From IMG/VR virus record IMGVR_UViG_3300020608_000013, positions 62,001 through 126,000 of that record: a stretch of DNA of 64,000 nt. One strand, written 5' to 3'. The position numbers and the translations under genes are program-made. Of the stretch, positions 44,923 through 55,883 are shown piece by piece; the stretch's first letter is position 1, and each line of letters opens with the position of its first letter. The notes under the pieces are model-generated. The model did no database searches. It saw nothing but the letters and a program-made list of their open reading frames with translations, and was not told the DNA's origin.

Positions 44923-46106
44923 AACTCAAACAAGTGCTAGACGGTCATTTTGAGAAGGTTTCGTTCGATCGTGAGTTGATTAAACGACTTTATGAATTTC
45001 AGTTGAAATTCATAAATAGGAATGATGACCATCTGTCTTTTTTCAGTGGTAAATTAATGGGCGTTGAAGTCATACGCTTCACAGAGAAAGATGTTAATGC
45101 GATTTTCGTAGACTTACTTCAATTAGATAAACAGAGATTGAGTAAAGATATTTTGAATGCAGAGGAAATTAACCCTGACTGGAGTATTTCAAGTAACTAT
45201 ATCAATCTAACTTTCCTTTACATAGCACATCGGTTTAACATAGAAGGACGTTTACCTAAAAAGTTAAGAGAGACAGGTGTGGTTTTAGCAATAATGATAC
45301 TCCATTATTATGTCATAACCGCAGAAGTCTCTAATTTTTTCCGTTACCCAACTACACCAGATAAAGCGCAAATGGTGTATGAGCGATTGAGTAAACGTTT
45401 TTTGATAAAGCGTTTTAATAATTGGAACGAAGTGTTAGACCATAGAACATTGATGTCGATCGATCTCCACAAAGAAGTAATACACACGTTATCAGATGAG
45501 AAAAAAATACGCTATTTCGTAACCAATATAGTAGGGTCGATACGAGATATAGTACACGAGCATTTTACGGTATTATTGAAGGTTAACGAATTAGACGAAC
45601 GTGTTAAGAAAACAACTTCACTAGGGAGTACGCCTGACGGCGATGTCGCGTTTAAAGATAGTGTGGAAGAGGTGTCCATCCTAGTTCAAAAACTAACCAA
45701 CACTTTAGTGGATTACGGTTCGTTTTATGTGCCCAGAGATATTGAAGTTGTTCTTAAAGTAGTACGAACTACCCGCGCCAAACATCTACAACGGCTTTGT
45801 TTTTGGCTTGTAGATAACTACTTGGAAAATAACGACAGTATAACAACAACGTTGAAAGATGTTATAGTTTATATTCACGGGCGTATGAATAACGTTAAAT
45901 ACGCGAGTACCTCACTAGAGGATAGGTTAAGAGTGTTAAAAGGTATTATTGGTAGTCCTCGTACGTCTGAGCCAGCGTTGTTAAGCCTACGGGAACGAGT
46001 AGAGCGTTTAGCTACAGATGCAGGGATAGACCTCAGTTACCCTAATATCTGTTCCTTGAGGACAGCCTTCATTATTTACCTCTATTTGAGAATTTCATAT
46101 ATTTAA
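44919..46106 (+). CDS. Conserved phiKZ-like core protein upstream of terminase (gp32-like)
   Basis: 395 aa; FINRNDDHLSFFSGKLMGV and INPDWSISSNYIN segments recalled from this family; GGAGG RBS. Confidence 0.65.
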   Translation: MKLKQVLDGHFEKVSFDRELIKRLYEFQLKFINRNDDHLSFFSGKLMGVEVIRFTEKDVNAIFVDLLQLDKQRLSKDILNAEEINPDWSISSNYINLTFLYIAHRFNIEGRLPKKLRETGVVLAIMILHYYVITAEVSNFFRYPTTPDKAQMVYERLSKRFLIKRFNNWNEVLDHRTLMSIDLHKEVIHTLSDEKKIRYFVTNIVGSIRDIVHEHFTVLLKVNELDERVKKTTSLGSTPDGDVAFKDSVEEVSILVQKLTNTLVDYGSFYVPRDIEVVLKVVRTTRAKHLQRLCFWLVDNYLENNDSITTTLKDVIVYIHGRMNNVKYASTSLEDRLRVLKGIIGSPRTSEPALLSLRERVERLATDAGIDLSYPNICSLRTAFIIYLYLRISYI

Positions 46107-46122
46107 CTAATAGGGGGTTGGA

Positions 46123-48240
46123 ATGATATTATTCCGTGAAGATTGGGATAAATACCCTTACGCCGTTGTTCATGAAGAAACTAAGAACAAAACTTTTAAA
46201 GCATTTAGTTACAAAATGTTAAAAAACGGCGTAAGGAATCACAACTTCCCACTAGTCTTGATGAATAAAGGGTTGGCTAAAGTAGACCCACATAGTAATA
46301 ACCTCAGTAGAGAGACTATTAGCGAAATCGTTGAAGAGTGTGGTATCAACCCTTTTTATAGTTTCCGCGAGATAATACGCGCACCTGCTGGTGAATTAGA
46401 ACCGTTCAGAGCAAATCGCGCAAATATGGCGTTCTTGTGGAGTTTTTTTAACCATGTCACGTTTGTCGCAATACAACCTCGACAAACAGGTAAATCCTTT
46501 ACAGCACATTCGTTAACAGTCGTACTGGCTAATTTCTTAACAAGACGTACCGACATCAGTTGGCTTTTAAAAGACACTGATTTAAGGGTCGGGACGTTAG
46601 TAAAGATTAAGCAAATAGAGAAAGCGATGCCACACTATTTGCAGTTCAGAAAACCATCTGATGCCGATAACACACACGTACTCGAAGTTAGTGCGTTGGA
46701 AAACTTAATTAAATGTTACATCGGTAACGATAACCCTGCTAACGCAGAGCGTGTTGCTCGGGGTATTACTTCTGCGATCTTTTTCGGCGATGAGATTGCT
46801 TTTGTTAGGAATTTAAAAATTGTATTACCCATTATTTTGTCTTCAGGTGGTGATGCCAGAGATAAGGCGGCTCGGTATAATAAACCCTATGGTACAGTTC
46901 TAATGACAACCGCAGGGAATCCTGATGATCGTGATGGTGGTGTCGCGCATCGTGTTGCGTTGCGTAGTGCCGAATGGTATGATAGTTACTACGATTGTGA
47001 GAATCAAGAGGAGTTACATAAGGTAATTACTAGCGTTCGAGGTACGTTAAGAATTAATGGGACGTTCAACCATCGTCAACTAGGTTACACCGACGAGTGG
47101 TTGAGAAGAAAAATTAAAGAGCGTGAGCTTGACCCTGAAGACGATCGTGAGGGCATTGAACGAGACTATCTTAACATATGGCCAGCAGGGACACTATCTT
47201 CACCATTAAACCCTAATCAAACTAGACTTTTAAAAGAAGCGCCTGTAGAACCAGAGTATATAGAAATTGATGATAATAATGGTTTGTCAGTACGTTGGTA
47301 TATTGAGGAGATGTTAATCGAATCTTACGTTAATGGTAGACCTCATGTACTAAGTATGGATAGTTCGGATGCATCTGGTGATGATGACATTGGCATTGTG
47401 TTACGTGATGTGCGTACAGGCGGTACAACAGCGGCAGCAGAGTTCAATGTTGTTAATGTTATTGTCTTTTGTGAGTGGCTGAGTAAATGGTTTATTCGCT
47501 TTCCAAATATTGTTATGATTCCTGAACGCCGATACAATGGTTCTACAATGATCGATTATTTTATTTTAGCGTTAGAAGCGGCAGGTGAAGACCCGTTTAA
47601 ACGTATTTTTAATCGAGTCGTACACGAGCCTGAAAATTATCCCGCGCTGTTTGAAGAGATACAAAAACCCGTAATGCACCGTCAACGAGGTCTCACTGAA
47701 CGGAATAAAAAAGTGTTTGGGTTCACCACATCGGGTTCTGGGTATGCTTCTCGAAGTAACTTGTACGGGACAGTATTAAAACAATGTGTTAATAAGACAG
47801 GAAGGGTGGTCAAAGATAAGAAAATTGTTAGTCAGCTACTCGCGTTACGAAAGGTTAATAACCGTGTCGATCATGACGCGAACGGTAACGATGATTTAGT
47901 TATTGCTTGGTTGTTATCTTTTTGGTTCTTAGTTTATGCAGAGAATACTGATTTTTATGGGTTAGAACCTACCTCCGTGTTACGCGATTTAGATTTAGAG
48001 AATAACCGTGAAGCTGCGGTTAAGAAAGAGACAACTGCGAGAAATTTAAATCGCATACAACAGCTTTCAATGCGATTGAAGACCGTTAAAGATGCGCGGC
48101 TTATTCGTGCCTATGAGGATCAACTGCGTAAATTATACGATGAGTTACCTCAAGATAGTCGAGATAACAATACTAATGTTGCCGATTATATCCAGTCTAT
48201 AAAACAACGACGTGATAGAATGCGTTTTCGTAATCGTTAA
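46123..48240 (+). CDS. terL: Terminase large subunit (phiKZ gp25-like)
   Basis: Walker A QPRQTGKS, Walker B FFGDE, motif III MTTAG, nuclease SMDSSD and NDDLVIAW. Confidence 0.93.
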   Translation: MILFREDWDKYPYAVVHEETKNKTFKAFSYKMLKNGVRNHNFPLVLMNKGLAKVDPHSNNLSRETISEIVEECGINPFYSFREIIRAPAGELEPFRANRANMAFLWSFFNHVTFVAIQPRQTGKSFTAHSLTVVLANFLTRRTDISWLLKDTDLRVGTLVKIKQIEKAMPHYLQFRKPSDADNTHVLEVSALENLIKCYIGNDNPANAERVARGITSAIFFGDEIAFVRNLKIVLPIILSSGGDARDKAARYNKPYGTVLMTTAGNPDDRDGGVAHRVALRSAEWYDSYYDCENQEELHKVITSVRGTLRINGTFNHRQLGYTDEWLRRKIKERELDPEDDREGIERDYLNIWPAGTLSSPLNPNQTRLLKEAPVEPEYIEIDDNNGLSVRWYIEEMLIESYVNGRPHVLSMDSSDASGDDDIGIVLRDVRTGGTTAAAEFNVVNVIVFCEWLSKWFIRFPNIVMIPERRYNGSTMIDYFILALEAAGEDPFKRIFNRVVHEPENYPALFEEIQKPVMHRQRGLTERNKKVFGFTTSGSGYASRSNLYGTVLKQCVNKTGRVVKDKKIVSQLLALRKVNNRVDHDANGNDDLVIAWLLSFWFLVYAENTDFYGLEPTSVLRDLDLENNREAAVKKETTARNLNRIQQLSMRLKTVKDARLIRAYEDQLRKLYDELPQDSRDNNTNVADYIQSIKQRRDRMRFRNR

Positions 48241-48246
48241 ATAAAA

Positions 48247-48276
48247 AACCTATGGGTGCTATAACACCCATAGGTT
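48247..48276. terminator. Bidirectional terminator hairpin
   Basis: 12-bp perfect stem AACCTATGGGTG/CACCCATAGGTT with flanking A/T tracts. Confidence 0.8.
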
Positions 48277-48287
48277 GTTCTTTTTCG

Positions 48288-48587
48288 TCACCACCCTTCT
48301 AAGGGTATCAAGTAAGTGTTTTCTTCGGCAGTGAAAGGTTCTGTGCTATAGGTTATGTAGTCACCTACATTTATCAAAAGAACACTATCCGTCGTATCTC
48401 GTGTTATACGACAAAGTGCGTGACGTTCTTTAGCAGTAAATACGTCAATAGTGCCGTTATGAAGCTCAGTAAACTTCCCATAGAGTTCAGTATCATGGAT
48501 GTCATCCAGTGTTCTCGCAAAGTGTCGTGAGATAACACCTTTGATAGTATTTGATTGACCATCATAGATATTAAACCGTTTACCCAT
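48288..48587 (-). CDS. Small hypothetical protein
   Basis: 99 aa, GGAGA RBS, coupled to the upstream structural gene. Confidence 0.6.
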   Translation of the reverse strand: MGKRFNIYDGQSNTIKGVISRHFARTLDDIHDTELYGKFTELHNGTIDVFTAKERHALCRITRDTTDSVLLINVGDYITYSTEPFTAEENTYLIPLEGW

Positions 48588-50199
48588 CGCCCGTCTCCTC
48601 TATTACTATAGTAAAGACTGTTATCCCCGTAACAATACCTTTATAAGTATCCATAAATGCACAGATTACAATATCATTATCTGCTAAAGGTGTTGTGAAA
48701 TCAATAGGGTTTTCAACAGCTTCTTTGTTAATGAGTACACTACCCTTACCCACTACACTGATTTTAATTTTATCAAAATCTTTGTGTTTGGTTAATGGCG
48801 TGAAGTTTGTTAAAGACCATTCATAGAATGGTTGATTGTCGATCATTTTAAGTTGGTTATTAGTCGCTTTCACAATTTTCTGTTCGATAGGTACACGGTA
48901 CTTATCTAAATAGGCCCAACTACTTCTAACTTGCTGAGGTTCGTTTAATACAACCTCAAAAGTTTGTTGTTTAACATAGGCAAGGTTTGCGGGGTTTATT
49001 TTATCTACCTCAACACCAAGTAGAAGCGACTGTACTTGATTATATAGTTGGTTGTCGAAATAATTACCATTACCTAATACAGTGATTAACTCATTACAGA
49101 CCACATACGTACCATCGCGGTAATTGTATAAAACACCGTTTAAATGGTAGACACCATCCTTAAGCTCAATAAAAGGTATTAAATGGAATTGGTATGAGAT
49201 GATAGGGTCTACAATTTTAATCGTATACTGACGTGTTATCGCAGTGTGGTCGTCAGTTGCTTGATTAGTCGTTTCTTCATCACTTAGTGTATAACGTAAG
49301 GTTACAGGGTATTTAGCACCATTTCTAATCTCGTGGAAGAAAACGTCCCTGTTCATTAGTTTGAATTTACTACCATTGAGCGGGAGATTGAGGTGATCGC
49401 CATTTGAATATTTAACGCGTCCAAATAGGTTTAAATCATCAAGCGTTAGATTTGAAGGACATTGTATAACATCAGGTTCGGTAGGGCTGATAAACGGCGA
49501 TGTTATTTCGATCTGGCTAATATAACGTTGCGTTAAATTGACAGGTCTTATAAAGTTAGTGTTGATGACAGTAAACTCATCCGTGTGGATCACGCTACCT
49601 TGATCGTTATAGAACACAGCCGTAATAGTCTCGCCATCTCTTAACAATTCCCTTGTGCTGGTCGGACGCATTGTTTTTATAGCAATGTTATCATGAGAGT
49701 CAATGGCTACTTTTTCTAGTAAGACTTTGTGTGATGTAATCTCACCAATAGAGTTGTATTGATGTGATAATACATGACCGTTCGTACTAATATCAGTACC
49801 TTTAAATAAGATTGCGTATGAGAGCATTGTACCGCCCACGAAATACGCGCAGCTTATGGTTAGTTGGTAAGGGTCAATTGTAGTATCTAGGTAGGCCTTA
49901 TTTGCAAGATTACCGCGTCGTGTTAAAGAAGTTTCGCTACTTTTAGTGTTAATGTAGATTGGTTCAATTTCTGGTATGAGTGTTGCGGCATCAATGCGTA
50001 CAACTTTAAAGAAAGTGAAGTCTGTAATACGTACAAGGTAGTCGTCAACATTTGGAACGATTTTATTTTTACCTACCTTGCCCCAGTAAATTTCATTATA
50101 GCTTCGTATTTTCCAAGATTCGTTAGGGTTGTGTAGCGGTACGTGACCATCTGTTCCGATTACACTCACTGTGGGTATAAAGTTAATTTGATTTGACAT
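48580..50199 (-). CDS. Virion structural protein (phiKZ gp26-like)
   Basis: 539-aa beta-rich protein with KIVPNVDDY motif; in the terminase-to-sheath block. Confidence 0.7.
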   Translation of the reverse strand: MSNQINFIPTVSVIGTDGHVPLHNPNESWKIRSYNEIYWGKVGKNKIVPNVDDYLVRITDFTFFKVVRIDAATLIPEIEPIYINTKSSETSLTRRGNLANKAYLDTTIDPYQLTISCAYFVGGTMLSYAILFKGTDISTNGHVLSHQYNSIGEITSHKVLLEKVAIDSHDNIAIKTMRPTSTRELLRDGETITAVFYNDQGSVIHTDEFTVINTNFIRPVNLTQRYISQIEITSPFISPTEPDVIQCPSNLTLDDLNLFGRVKYSNGDHLNLPLNGSKFKLMNRDVFFHEIRNGAKYPVTLRYTLSDEETTNQATDDHTAITRQYTIKIVDPIISYQFHLIPFIELKDGVYHLNGVLYNYRDGTYVVCNELITVLGNGNYFDNQLYNQVQSLLLGVEVDKINPANLAYVKQQTFEVVLNEPQQVRSSWAYLDKYRVPIEQKIVKATNNQLKMIDNQPFYEWSLTNFTPLTKHKDFDKIKISVVGKGSVLINKEAVENPIDFTTPLADNDIVICAFMDTYKGIVTGITVFTIVIEETGDG

Positions 50200-50206
50200 A
50201 GCTCGC

Positions 50207-52693
50207 CTATTTTGTAATTTTAACTAGTTCGTCTAAATCATCGATAGGTGTGTTAATAAACATATCGATAATCTTTTTAAAGAAGACGTATTGTGGTGGG
50301 TTTAACGTTATGGGTTCTTTATAGGTGTGAGGATGTATCTTAATAAAACGTTTATCAAATAAATTATTAGGGTTGATTGGATCAATCTCTAACCAATGTA
50401 AATGAGGTTTTGTTTGCTCGTAAACGTTCTCTGTGGTAGCTGTTACTTTTATTTTTTCGTAGCGAATATAGTGTAACATGGTGGCTAGAAAGGGGCTATA
50501 CAAAAGATATTTGTTTGGGATAACTGTATTGACTACGGAAGGAGATTTTGGGTAGAGCGTCGTTAAATAGTGATCGATTTCAGCGTCTTTTTCAACAGCC
50601 TCCTCTTTTAAAGAAATAGCCTCATCCTCATCTATTTCGATGGCGTTGAGCGTATGGTTTTTTTGAATAACCATATAGGGTAAACCGCTATAATCGTTAT
50701 AAGGGTTTACGCCATCTTCGTCAAACGTGACGTTGCTGAGTGTTTTTAGTTGACCGCCTACGATTAATTTTAAAACTTTATCCTCTTTTGTTTGGTGGTA
50801 AAAATCTCTAGACAACATACCGCGTTCAACAAACCCCCGATTAATTACGCGGTCGGTTAGTGCAGAAACATTCGTCTCGTACACGATTAAGTCTTGCGAT
50901 GTATCGTGCAAGTGTTGTTTATTTAGTATAAGGATGAGATGGTTATAGCGTATATAATCCACACCTTCGATTAGTGTATAACCATTCATGATGACGTTAA
51001 GCGTAGCTTTAGGCGTGTAGTCAACGACACTTTTACCTTCTTTTTTATACGTTAATGGTGTTTGGTATACTCCTCGATTGATTTGTAATGGTTTTTTGTT
51101 AAGGTTGAAACGACCATCTGTTTTGACAAGGGTTTTTATATTGTAATTAAGTTGTTTACGGGTTAGCGTAGTACCTTGTAAACGGTAGTTGTCGTTATCT
51201 ACAATTTCCCAAACAGGTGCTTCAGATTCCTCATAGTTCTGAGGTGACTCGTAGATGGTGACGACATTGCCCTCTAATTCAACCGTACCCACACCTTCAA
51301 AATAACAACCCTCATCACTTCCCGTGCCAGTAATGACTTCAATATTACTCCATACACTTTCAAAATAATTATCTAACGTTTGTTCTTGTAACTCTACCTC
51401 TCGTACAAGACCTGCGTTATTGTAATGGAGTAGCGTAACAGCCTGGTCGTGGAATACGATAGGACGTGCCGCACGACCTCGACGTACTGGAACTGGGTAA
51501 GGTGCGATCATTTTAATAATAGCGTTGTACCCGTACAATGAACTAAAAGAATGGGGTGTTAAGTGCTCAACCGTGTTCGTTTCGACACTGTTGTATATCG
51601 ACGCTTCGAGTGTGCTGGCTTTCCAGAAATTCAGTTGATCGTCTGTGGACAAGAGTAGTTTATTCCTATGCTCTTCAGGTAGTTTTTCTAACTCATGTTG
51701 TTTATTTGTCTCATAAACACCATGTCGATCAATTCCTGTGGCTTTAACTTTTACGGTGATGTAGAGGTTTGTTTCGTCTAAGTTGTTTATAGGTGTTATA
51801 TCGCGCAAATTGTCGATGAAGTTTACTTCAAGACTAATGCGGTGGTGTGTAACATTACGGTGGTAACGTTTGTTAGCGCGATGATAATAGGTGTATAGAT
51901 TCTGCGTACCCACATAGACATCAAGATCATTGTTGTAATAACGTTCGCTAAGCCCTTCTAGCGTTAAAAGGTATTTATAGCAGTTGTCTAACGCACTATG
52001 GAATACAGGTAAGTCTGATAGTTTGAATTGGTAAACCTTTATTATACTGGGGTCTACGATAACGTGTACGTCTGTAGGTTGTGATACATTCCGTAGAGTG
52101 AATTCATGTACTCCCCAACCATTCACGACAATTTCTTGATGTCCTTCAGTGTTCTCTAAATCGTTCCGTAGTTGAGTTACATCGCGTTGTGTTTTCACAG
52201 TTTCGCTGTAACATACTAAACTATTTTTATGTTTAGTGTAGTCGTATGTGTTCTGATAGAAACGAAAGTAGAGGTGATTGTCATTTAAATTAAACACTCG
52301 GTTGGTTGGCGACTTAATAGCAAATAGTATATAACGTTCCCTTGTATACAACGTGTAGGCGTTATGTAATGGTAAGCGTAAGCCGTTATCTAAGTAAATG
52401 TCAATTCTAACGTTATTGTTAGTGACATGCTCATCGATAGGTTGCCATCTCGAAAACGCTAAGTGGTCAGTACGTGTGGTAACGCCTAACTTAGCAGGGT
52501 TACTTATGCCTAAATAGTAGATGTAGTAACGACTGTCTTTAGTAGGTAGTCTGTAAGTTGAACTAAAAGCCGTTACTGTATTTTTAATGTTCCTACCTTT
52601 AGTTAATGGTGTTAGACCGTAAATTAAATGCGATTCTTGATCGGGCGCTCCCCAAATGTCAAAGAGCGCTCTATTTATTAAATACTGACTCAT
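50207..52693 (-). CDS. Virion structural protein (phiKZ gp27-like)
   Basis: 828 aa; N-terminal IWGAPDQE, C-terminal KYLLYSPFL...IHPH; syntenic. Confidence 0.72.
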   Translation of the reverse strand: MSQYLINRALFDIWGAPDQESHLIYGLTPLTKGRNIKNTVTAFSSTYRLPTKDSRYYIYYLGISNPAKLGVTTRTDHLAFSRWQPIDEHVTNNNVRIDIYLDNGLRLPLHNAYTLYTRERYILFAIKSPTNRVFNLNDNHLYFRFYQNTYDYTKHKNSLVCYSETVKTQRDVTQLRNDLENTEGHQEIVVNGWGVHEFTLRNVSQPTDVHVIVDPSIIKVYQFKLSDLPVFHSALDNCYKYLLTLEGLSERYYNNDLDVYVGTQNLYTYYHRANKRYHRNVTHHRISLEVNFIDNLRDITPINNLDETNLYITVKVKATGIDRHGVYETNKQHELEKLPEEHRNKLLLSTDDQLNFWKASTLEASIYNSVETNTVEHLTPHSFSSLYGYNAIIKMIAPYPVPVRRGRAARPIVFHDQAVTLLHYNNAGLVREVELQEQTLDNYFESVWSNIEVITGTGSDEGCYFEGVGTVELEGNVVTIYESPQNYEESEAPVWEIVDNDNYRLQGTTLTRKQLNYNIKTLVKTDGRFNLNKKPLQINRGVYQTPLTYKKEGKSVVDYTPKATLNVIMNGYTLIEGVDYIRYNHLILILNKQHLHDTSQDLIVYETNVSALTDRVINRGFVERGMLSRDFYHQTKEDKVLKLIVGGQLKTLSNVTFDEDGVNPYNDYSGLPYMVIQKNHTLNAIEIDEDEAISLKEEAVEKDAEIDHYLTTLYPKSPSVVNTVIPNKYLLYSPFLATMLHYIRYEKIKVTATTENVYEQTKPHLHWLEIDPINPNNLFDKRFIKIHPHTYKEPITLNPPQYVFFKKIIDMFINTPIDDLDELVKITK

Positions 52694-53637
52694 AAAGTAC
52701 CTTCGTTCTTGAACTTCGTGTGTTCGTTAATAATCATATCAACTTGTTTATTAAACGTTGATAAGTCTGTATTTCTAGCTTGACGTTTGATGAGTGAGAA
52801 AAGTCGTGTATTACTGTATAAACTACTCTGTAGCGTAACCGTAATTAAAGCCAGCCATAAGGGTGGGTATTCTAACGCACAGCCTAGCATTGTTTTTGCT
52901 TCATACCCGTACCAAATGTTTGAAGTGATATTGATTAACCCACCTACTTCTAAACTAGTAAGTTGGGGGTTATCTGTTAACCCTTTAATAACTTCACATA
53001 GGTGGTCTAGGTTAGCAATACGTCCAGTGTTTTGGAAAATGGGTAGCACGGTACTAATAGGAATTTTAAAAGTATTCTTAAACGTAAGTGCGAGTAAATC
53101 GATGTCGATTTGATTATTATAGTAAGGTGTGTGGTAATAAGCATAGGCTGCGGCCATTACTTTAAGTTCGTCTAACGGGTTTAGACCGTATCTATTCTTT
53201 AATGAATTTGCAATCCATTGCGTGTAAATAAACGCAGCAATTGGTGAAATAAGGCGGAGTGAATCACGTTTACCATCTAACCACACTTGCGTAAAAATGG
53301 CATGAAGTACCGTTAGTTTAAACCCTTCGTGATTTGAGAATTTATCTTTATTATAGTTGGCTAGTGTTACTTTCTCACCCTTTTTCAAGAATGGGCGTAT
53401 GTCGATAATAAGGTAATCATTACCACCGTGTTCGACAACAAAGGGGTATTTTAACACAGGTATGTCTGTTTGGTAATTATCACTCCCTTGTAAGAAAACA
53501 GGCGTAACTGAACTTTTCTTTAAAATAAATTGTTCGTTCTTTAAGTCGCTTAAAATAAGAACTTGTTTAATGGTGTTGATGAGTTTGTCAGTATGGTATA
53601 CACTACCCATAGTAGTGTTAATAATGTGTTCGTACAT
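52690..53637 (-). CDS. Virion structural protein (phiKZ gp28-like)
   Basis: 315 aa, divergent from the sheath gene; ALEYPPLW motif; syntenic. Confidence 0.7.
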   Translation of the reverse strand: MYEHIINTTMGSVYHTDKLINTIKQVLILSDLKNEQFILKKSSVTPVFLQGSDNYQTDIPVLKYPFVVEHGGNDYLIIDIRPFLKKGEKVTLANYNKDKFSNHEGFKLTVLHAIFTQVWLDGKRDSLRLISPIAAFIYTQWIANSLKNRYGLNPLDELKVMAAAYAYYHTPYYNNQIDIDLLALTFKNTFKIPISTVLPIFQNTGRIANLDHLCEVIKGLTDNPQLTSLEVGGLINITSNIWYGYEAKTMLGCALEYPPLWLALITVTLQSSLYSNTRLFSLIKRQARNTDLSTFNKQVDMIINEHTKFKNEGTL

Positions 53638-53697
53638 ATCAGTATCCTGTTACGGTTAAATAGATTGAGTCTGACATTTTTTATAGGAGTTACATTA

Positions 53698-55794
53698 ATG
53701 CCAGTAACAATGATTAATGCTGCACCAATGGTCATCGATTTAGGTACAGAGGATTTATCTACACGGACGCTACCACGCGCACCTGAAGAAATCCCACAAC
53801 ATTTACCTAAAATCTTCCTTTGGGCGCAAAGAGGTAATACACTACCACATTTAGTTGTAGGTAATGAACGTCAGCGTATGTACGGTGACGCAACCTTCGA
53901 TTACTTAGATAAATATTCTAATCACGCGACACCTTTTGCGAACTACATGAATACAGAAGGTAACTCGCAAATGTTGCAACGGGTTATCCCTGAAGATGCA
54001 GGACCTAAAGCCAACATGACTTTCTGGCTAGATGTTCTTGCGACAAAAGTACCGAAATACAAGCGTCATATTGATGGAGCAATCCAGCTTGATGAACTTG
54101 GTGAACCAATCGTTGATAGTATTATCGATGGGTATAAGGTTAAGTGGGTCATCACCCGTGCATCAACACATGAAGAAGCCAGAAAGATCGGGTCTCAGGA
54201 TATTGAGTTTGGCGATCAAGTAGACCCCGATACAGGTGAGCGCTCAACACGTTACCCAATGCATGAATGGGAAGTGTTGTCACAAGGGAGTTATGGGAAC
54301 GATTGCGGTATTAACTTATTCGCACCGACCCAAGATGATACCGTTATGCCTACCACCATGATGTCTGAGAAACGAGCTTATCCTTACAAGTTCCGCATGA
54401 TTGAGCGTCAAGATGGGTTAACTACACCAAAAATCATGCCAACTATCTTTGGTGAGTATGATATTCAAATGGTGTTTAAACCAGAGACTATTGACCCAAC
54501 CACGACACAAGAGCTTTCGGCTGATAAAATCGTCTTTAAAAGCTATCATAACGACGATTCACGCTACCCTACACAGTACAGTAATTTCCCACGTTACGTA
54601 CAATATGTAGATAACATGGAACATGTTTTAAAACTATTCCATCAAGCAGAAATCCCTCATATTGATGAGTTTTCAGATTTTAATGAAGATGAGAATGATT
54701 TTTATTTGTTTAATTTTATTAGTGGGGTTAGTAGCGCTAATGTTCCATACCATTCGTTCCACTTTGTAGATGATAGCGATAGTGTCCGTCTTACAAAACA
54801 TACGAATATTTATGCAGGTGGTGGGTCTGATGGGACAATGAACGACGAAACTTATGCAGCACTTGTTTCTGCACAAATGAATCGTTATGCCGACCCTATT
54901 GATGAAATTCAAGACATTGCTGTGAACGTAGAGAGTATTTACTACGACTCTGGTTTACCGTTGAAATCAAAGTACGATGCGATTAAGTTTATTTCTGAGC
55001 GTAAAGATACTTTCGTAGTGCTATCTACCTTCACGCATGGAGAACCTACCTTTACACCTTCGCAAGAACATGCGATGGCGATTGCTTTGAGAACACGTTT
55101 ACAAATGTATCCAGAGTCTTCGTATTTTGGCACTCATGTTATGCGTGGCATGATCATGGGACGTGATGCGCGGATTCGTAATAGCTTGTATCGTGAACGC
55201 GTACCTTCTTCACTAGAAGTGGCGATTAAATCTGCTCGCTATATGGGTGCAGGGCACGGTCGTTGGAAGGCAGGTAAGAACTTCGATAACGCACCATTGA
55301 GTGTAATCGATTACTTATACGACTTCAATGAAACATGGGTACCTCGTTCAGTGCGTAACCGTAACTGGGATGTTGGTTTAAACTTCGTGTTGAATTTCAA
55401 CCGTCGTGAGCAATTCTTCCCCGCGCTTAAAACGTGTTATGATGACGACACTAGTGTTTTAAACTCATACTTCACAGCGATGGCGATCTGCTACCTTAAC
55501 AAAGTAGCCCATGCGACATGGCGTGATTTCTCAGGTTCAGCAGGTTTGACTAACGAACAGTTAGAAGAACGCATGAACGCTAAGGTTATTGAGTTAACCA
55601 CAGGTCGTTTCGATGGACGTTACATTATCCAACCTCGTGCATTCCACACCTATATGGATAAATTACGCGGTTACTCTGTATCGTTACCAATCGAGATTTA
55701 CTCACCTAACATGAAGACCGTTATGACAACTTACGTACAAGCGCTACGTATCGACGACTTCGGTAAACCTGTTGTTGGTCGTACAGGCATCTAG
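53698..55794 (+). CDS. Tail sheath protein (phiKZ gp29-like)
   Basis: Start moved to ATG 53698 (AGGAG RBS), 698 aa; INAAP, PQHLP, YGDATFD, YDSGLPL, YPESSYFGT, FFPALKT sheath motifs. Confidence 0.9.
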   Translation: MPVTMINAAPMVIDLGTEDLSTRTLPRAPEEIPQHLPKIFLWAQRGNTLPHLVVGNERQRMYGDATFDYLDKYSNHATPFANYMNTEGNSQMLQRVIPEDAGPKANMTFWLDVLATKVPKYKRHIDGAIQLDELGEPIVDSIIDGYKVKWVITRASTHEEARKIGSQDIEFGDQVDPDTGERSTRYPMHEWEVLSQGSYGNDCGINLFAPTQDDTVMPTTMMSEKRAYPYKFRMIERQDGLTTPKIMPTIFGEYDIQMVFKPETIDPTTTQELSADKIVFKSYHNDDSRYPTQYSNFPRYVQYVDNMEHVLKLFHQAEIPHIDEFSDFNEDENDFYLFNFISGVSSANVPYHSFHFVDDSDSVRLTKHTNIYAGGGSDGTMNDETYAALVSAQMNRYADPIDEIQDIAVNVESIYYDSGLPLKSKYDAIKFISERKDTFVVLSTFTHGEPTFTPSQEHAMAIALRTRLQMYPESSYFGTHVMRGMIMGRDARIRNSLYRERVPSSLEVAIKSARYMGAGHGRWKAGKNFDNAPLSVIDYLYDFNETWVPRSVRNRNWDVGLNFVLNFNRREQFFPALKTCYDDDTSVLNSYFTAMAICYLNKVAHATWRDFSGSAGLTNEQLEERMNAKVIELTTGRFDGRYIIQPRAFHTYMDKLRGYSVSLPIEIYSPNMKTVMTTYVQALRIDDFGKPVVGRTGI

Positions 55795-55824
55795 TTCTTC
55801 AGTAAAAAAATATAGTCTAGCAAT

Positions 55825-55864
55825 ATGTATTGTCACAGTACGATTAAGTACTGTGACAATACAT
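55825..55864 (+). terminator. Terminator-like hairpin after the sheath gene
   Basis: 17-bp perfect stem ATGTATTGTCACAGTAC/GTACTGTGACAATACAT followed by TTGTT. Confidence 0.75.
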
Positions 55865-55883
55865 TTGTTATTAATAACTTAAA

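Noticed and set aside
13709-48240. Introns, inteins or homing endonucleases in RNAP, polymerase, nrdJ or terminase genes
   Set aside because: These genes are continuous and of expected size, and I saw no intein, LAGLIDADG, HNH or GIY-YIG motifs.
53563-53697. N-terminal extension of the tail sheath; similar long starts at 3727, 9478, 38077 and 56773
   Set aside because: Downstream ATGs have clear RBSs or direct coupling to the upstream stop, and most of the extensions overlap neighbouring genes.
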